Assembly: GCA_035655715.1 (NCBI GenBank)
Contig: DASRTX010000197.1
Coordinates: 1 to 46,290 of the forward strand
From: Myxococcales bacterium
Lineage (GTDB): Bacteria; Myxococcota; Myxococcia; Myxococcales; 40CM-4-68-19
Direction of reading: 5' to 3'
DNA length: 46,290 nucleotides
Part shown: positions 44,192-46,290 of the stretch, in pieces
Numbering within the stretch: position 1 is the stretch's first letter
Layout of the letters: each line of letters starts with the position of its first letter
Position numbers and translations under genes: made by a program
Notes under the pieces: model-generated
Told to the model about the DNA's origin: nothing
What the model saw: only the letters and a program-made list of their open reading frames with translations
Database searches by the model: none

Positions 44192-44395
44192 ATGCCTGAA
44201 AACTCTAGAGATCCGGCAGCCATCCGCGCGGGGATCGAACGCGCCCGCCAGGAGATCGAGCAGTCCGTCAACGATCTGCGGGCCAACGTCTCGGACTCGC
44301 TGAACTGGCGCAGCATGGTGCGGCGGCACCCGGGAGCGAGCTTCGCGAGCGCGCTGGTGCTGGGCCTTTTGGTCGCGCGCGCCACCTCGAGGTGA
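44192..44395 (+). CDS. DUF3618-like small membrane protein
   Basis: DPAAIRAGIERARQEIEQSVNDLRANV plus a C-terminal TM helix. Overlaps the next ORF by 4 nt. Confidence 0.55.
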   Translation: MPENSRDPAAIRAGIERARQEIEQSVNDLRANVSDSLNWRSMVRRHPGASFASALVLGLLVARATSR

Positions 44396-44649
44396 CCATG
44401 GCGGAGACGCAGGGAAAAGCGCAGCTCCCCATGGCCGAGATCACCGGCCGCCCGGAGGGCGACGAAGGCGAGGCCGCCTTCGAGCAGGGGCTCGAGCTCG
44501 GGCGCCAGCTCGCGGAGCAGGCCGTTCGTCGCGTGGGAGCTTGGGCGGAAGAGCATCCCGGCCAGCTCCTGCTTGCGGGCGTGGCGGCAGGATACGTCCT
44601 GGGCAAGCTCCTCTTCCGCCGCAAGCCAACGCCCCTCGACGACCTCTGA
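44392..44649 (+). CDS. DUF883/YqjD-ElaB-like tail-anchored protein
   Basis: Charged helical N-terminus and the C-terminal anchor HPGQLLLAGVAAGYVLGKLLF. Confidence 0.5.
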   Translation: MTMAETQGKAQLPMAEITGRPEGDEGEAAFEQGLELGRQLAEQAVRRVGAWAEEHPGQLLLAGVAAGYVLGKLLFRRKPTPLDDL

Positions 44650-44695
44650 GTTTCGGGGACACCATACGACGCGTTACGTATGGTGTCCCCGAAAC
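44650..44695. terminator. Perfect 19-bp stem hairpin, likely a bidirectional terminator
   Basis: GTTTCGGGGACACCATACG-acgcgtta-CGTATGGTGTCCCCGAAAC lies directly after the TGA at 44647..44649 and abuts the minus-strand stop at 44695. Confidence 0.7.
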
Positions 44696-45165
44696 TATCT
44701 GGGGATGGAGCGGACCACGGGCTCGGCGCGGGCTGCCGGCGAGAGGCCCAGGCCGTGACGGTAGACCAGCGCGCCGCCCAGGATGGACTCGGCGGCGAGC
44801 ACCGCGGCGGCCGTGAAGGCAGCCGCCAGGTAGAGGGTGCGCGCCCGCAAGGGGAGGGCCAGCTTCGAGGCCGCGCGCCATCCCGCCACCGGAACCCACG
44901 CGCCCATCGCCACCCAGGCCAGCCGCCCGTGCAGCTGGAGTAGCGCTTCTCCAGCGGCGCTGTGCGCGCCCAGCACGGCCTGCGCCCCGAAGCCGCTCAA
45001 CATCGCCAGCACTCCGAAGCTGGTGCCCAGAAGCGTGGTCCAGCGGCCGGTGTAGAGCAGCGCCTCGCGCCGGAAGAGAAGCCCGAGCACGTCTGCCAGC
45101 GGAGCCAGCAGCAAGAGCCCCACTGCGAAGTGCACCAGGAAGGGGTGGAGCTCGCCGGCGAGCAC
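44695..45165 (-). CDS. DUF2231-like integral membrane protein
   Basis: VLAGELHPFLVHFAVGLLLLAPL plus further TM helices. GTG 45165 was chosen because queF ends at 45204 in another frame. The listed 420-aa ORF is a run-on. Confidence 0.6.
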   Translation of the reverse strand: MLAGELHPFLVHFAVGLLLLAPLADVLGLLFRREALLYTGRWTTLLGTSFGVLAMLSGFGAQAVLGAHSAAGEALLQLHGRLAWVAMGAWVPVAGWRAASKLALPLRARTLYLAAAFTAAAVLAAESILGGALVYRHGLGLSPAARAEPVVRSIPR

Positions 45166-45203
45166 GGTGGGCCATCCTGCCGGTCGCGGACCGGCTAGGC
45201 AAA

Positions 45204-45650
45204 CTACTTCGGATGCTCCGGCCTTCGGCCTCCGCCCGTCGCCGGGGGCACCCCGGCTCCTCCGTCGGGGTGCCGCGCGACCACCACGGTGTGGATGCCG
45301 CCGCGGACCAGGAAATCTCCCACCACCTCGCAGCGCCGGGGCCGGAGCGCCGAAACCAGATCGTCGAGGATGCGGTTGGTCACCGCCTCGTGGAACGTGC
45401 CTTCGTCGCGATAGCTCCAGAGATAGAGCTTGAGGCTCTTCAGCTCGACGCAGCTCTTGTCCGGGACGTAGGAGATCCGGATGGTGGCGAAGTCGGGCTG
45501 CCCGGTCATCGGGCACAGGCAGGTGAACTCGGGGCAGTCGAAGCGGATCTCGTAGTCGCGGCCCGGGTTGGGGTTGGGGAAGGTGGCAAGTGTCTTCTGT
45601 GGAACAGTTGCCTGCCGGCGCCCCAAATCTGCCCTGATTCTGCGAGCCAT
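45204..45650 (-). CDS. queF: NADPH-dependent 7-cyano-7-deazaguanine reductase (type I)
   Basis: [13 protein letters not shown] catalytic Cys region and the QueF motif [13 protein letters not shown]. Confidence 0.9.
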   Translation of the reverse strand: MARRIRADLGRRQATVPQKTLATFPNPNPGRDYEIRFDCPEFTCLCPMTGQPDFATIRISYVPDKSCVELKSLKLYLWSYRDEGTFHEAVTNRILDDLVSALRPRRCEVVGDFLVRGGIHTVVVARHPDGGAGVPPATGGGRRPEHPK

Positions 45651-46001
45651 CGTGCGGCGCGTCGTAACAGGAAACGCGTGCAGGCGCCAGCTTGAGGGGG
45701 TCTCCGGCGAGCTTCTGTTGCGGGAGGGGGTGAGGTCGGGTACAACAACGCGCCATGTCGAGAAAGGCTGATTCCGGAAGTCGCCGCTCCGCGCGCCGTC
45801 GCTCCTCCGCGGACGCTTCCAGCGAACCCGACCCCCGTCCCTCGCGCAAGGTCCCCGCTGCGGCGGAGGAGTCCATGGACTCCGACTTCGGGCTCTGCCT
45901 CGCCCTGGCTCCGGCTCTCCGGCGCCGGCCCGTCACATAGCAAAAAACCTCGACCAATCAGGGGCTTCCCTTACTGTCGAGCAGTGAAAACTTTCTCTGC
46001 C

Positions 46002-46290
46002 ATGGATGACTCCCTGGCGGATACCCGTCCCACGTTTTCGCGTCTCACCGAAGGCAAGGCCACGCAGTCGTGGCGATCGGCCGTCCCCATCGTCGTCGTC
46101 ATGGTGGCGGTCGTCGCACTGGTCGCCTACCTCGCTTCGGCCTTGAGCAGTTCCTCGCAGCGGGCCAACGTCGCCGAGCGCGACACGGCGCAGTACCGCG
46201 ACCAGGCCACGGCCATCTCGAAACAGCTCGGCACGATGCAGAACGAGCTCGCGTTGGCGCGCAACCCGGGCCGGACTACGGTGGTGCTCC
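46002..46290 (+). CDS. Single-pass membrane protein, 5' part only (continues past the window)
   Basis: ATG 46002. TM helix AVPIVVVMVAVVALVAYLA followed by a coiled-coil-like segment. No stop before the window end. Confidence 0.5.
   Translation, partial: MDDSLADTRPTFSRLTEGKATQSWRSAVPIVVVMVAVVALVAYLASALSSSSQRANVAERDTAQYRDQATAISKQLGTMQNELALARNPGRTTVVL

Noticed and set aside
45651-45760. preQ1 riboswitch upstream of queF
   Set aside because: The minus-strand leader lacks the conserved preQ1-I/II elements; there is no short hairpin followed by an A-rich tail with a CUA/ACUA motif.
45755-45940. 61-aa Arg/Ser-rich ORF
   Set aside because: It has no RBS, its composition is low-complexity, and it has no motifs. 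It cannot be separated from chance in 70% GC DNA.

Overview
High-GC (roughly 68-70%) bacterial chromosome, very likely Myxococcota. Supporting signs are a MYXO-CTERM sorting tail, sigma-54 promoters, an FHA/GAF cyclase, a Ser/Thr kinase with an MJ0042-type zinc ribbon, and many run-on antisense ORFs. Most of the window is housekeeping. There is a complete activated-methyl-cycle supercluster: metK-ahcY-metF plus a methyltransferase on the minus strand, and divergent metH plus a PfkB kinase. Also present are korAB (2-oxoacid:ferredoxin oxidoreductase), ansB, uvrBC, fdhD, truD, queF and a yqjD/yqjE-like membrane cluster. No CRISPR array, tRNA, rRNA, transposase or integrase was seen. The less ordinary content is as follows. 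(1) Two paralogous cassettes about 20 kb apart, each with a conserved leader, a well-spaced sigma-54 -24/-12 promoter and a Cys-rich secreted protein of unknown family. (2) Two paralogous SAM methyltransferases sitting as terminal genes of different core operons, with a degraded korB 3' fragment beside one of them. (3) A divergent pair of polysaccharide-lyase-fold secreted proteins, one MYXO-CTERM anchored and one carrying three tandem lectin-like modules. (4) A decayed accessory patch at 24.9-28.5 kb, containing a coupled two-gene operon of unknown function, a truncated paralog copy ending in the same palindrome, a low-GC gene remnant, and a DUF222-like HNH endonuclease whose ORF runs into ansB. 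(5) A structured metK/metH intergenic region with partial SAH-riboswitch-like motifs. I did not find a clear canonical defense or mobile system. All family assignments come from motif recognition by eye and need HMM or BLAST confirmation.
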